DNA of 45,313 nucleotides from a virus (Duplodnaviria; Caudoviricetes). The notes under the pieces are model-generated. The model was not told the DNA's origin and searched no databases. It saw only the letters and a list, made by a program, of their open reading frames with translations. This document shows positions 44,830 to 45,313 of this stretch, one piece after another. Every line of letters begins with the position of its first letter. Within the stretch, counting starts at the first letter, position 1. The translations under genes and the position numbers were made by a program. The stretch is taken from positions 1 through 45,313 of IMG/VR virus record IMGVR_UViG_3300028586_000647. One strand, written 5' to 3'.

Positions 44830-45087
44830 TTACTTGATAGCCCGTTGTACCGCCCGCACTACCGATGCCCGCCCCGCGCGCTCCTGCTCATCTGGGTATC
44901 GCTTTAAATAGTAGTTCGTGATGCCCTCGGCCAGCTGCGCCGGTTCTACACCCTGCACCTGGCTGCGGGGTACCGTCACGCCCACCGTATCCTCTCCGAA
45001 TAAATCGCGCTGAAAAACGAACACGCACGGGTCGGCTTCAGGGTCTTGCAGGTTCACACCTATAATAAAGCGAGAGTTAGATTCCAT
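44830..45087 (-). CDS. Small hypothetical protein
   Basis: 85-aa ORF from ATG 45087, between the tRNA terminator and the AT-rich cargo. Confidence 0.6.
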   Translation of the reverse strand: MESNSRFIIGVNLQDPEADPCVFVFQRDLFGEDTVGVTVPRSQVQGVEPAQLAEGITNYYLKRYPDEQERAGRASVVRAVQRAIK

Positions 45088-45149
45088 GAGCGAGGAAAAA
45101 TAATCAGCGCAAAACTTTGCAACCGGGGACGAGACCGGGGGCATAAAAT

Positions 45150-45184
45150 AAAAAACGGCCTTTACACTGCTGTAAAGGCCGTTT
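45150..45184 (-). terminator. Element-supplied terminator for the tRNA
   Basis: AAACGGCCTTTACA/TGTAAAGGCCGTTT 14-bp stem immediately 3' of the tRNA. Confidence 0.85.
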
Positions 45185-45186
45185 AT

Positions 45187-45200
45187 GTGGGCCCACTTGG
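45187..45200. repeat. att core, right copy (overlapping the tRNA 3' end)
   Basis: GTGGGCCCACTTGG identical to 94-107. Confidence 0.9.
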
Positions 45201-45261
45201 AATCGAACCAAGGACCTGCTGATTATGAGTCAGCTGCTCTAACCGATTGAGCTATAGGCCC
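45188..45261 (-). tRNA. tRNA with CAT anticodon, probably tRNA-Ile2 (lysidine); CCA not encoded
   Basis: GGGCCTA/TGGGCCC acceptor stem, TAGCTCAATCGGTTAGAGC D-arm, CTGACT-CAT-AATCAG anticodon arm, GGTTCGATTCC T-arm. Confidence 0.95.
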
Positions 45262-45291
45262 CAAGCCAGCCAAAAGGCGTGACTACTGGGC

Positions 45292-45299
45292 CAAAGGTA
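45292..45299 (-). promoter_or_regulatory. Bacteroidota -7 promoter box for the tRNA
   Basis: TACCTTTG on the minus strand ~30 nt upstream of the tRNA; matches TAnnTTTG. Confidence 0.65.
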
Positions 45300-45313
45300 C
45301 GGCATATTTTTAT

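Larger units (their letters stand above)
94..45200. mobile_element. tRNA-integrated phage-related island (satellite-like or defective prophage) with cargo, ~45.1 kb
   Basis: Flanked by identical 14-bp direct repeats matching the tRNA 3' end; integrase next to the left repeat; phage-type regulation, replication and packaging genes inside. Confidence 0.9.

Noticed and set aside
94-45200. Complete prophage, tailocin, GTA, retron or DGR
   Set aside because: No recognisable capsid, portal, tail tube/sheath, lysis or reverse transcriptase gene between the att sites

Overview
The window is almost entirely one ~45.1 kb integrated element. The host is probably Bacteroidota, likely Hymenobacter-like, inferred from T9SS cargo, TAnnTTTG promoter boxes and GTAG-type REPs. 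The element is bounded by a 14-bp direct repeat, GTGGGCCCACTTGG (94-107 and 45187-45200), which is the 3' end of a tRNA(CAT) gene on the minus strand. The left 20 kb is a phage-like core: tyrosine integrase, divergent CI-like/Cro-like switch, excisionase, Rha, an initiator with internal iterons, DnaB, two paralogous TerS, TerL, a putative tail chaperone and an intact 1537-aa tape measure protein. I could not recognise any portal, capsid, head-tail, tail-tube, baseplate or lysis gene. The right 25 kb is cargo: HNH, HEPN-like and OLD-like ATPase-TOPRIM defence candidates, T9SS-secreted proteins, a nuclease lipoprotein, an MmeI-like R-M gene containing a 9x11-bp frame-sensitive repeat, a MobV relaxase, and relics of a second terminase-bearing element. 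The best candidate for a new system is a capsid-less TerS-TerS-TerL-TMP satellite-like element. Its repressor appears non-self-cleaving, it carries a stand-alone catalytically dead S24-like protein, and its tape measure gene appears separately transcribed. A decayed prophage is the main alternative. All calls come from motif recognition by eye; no database searches were run.
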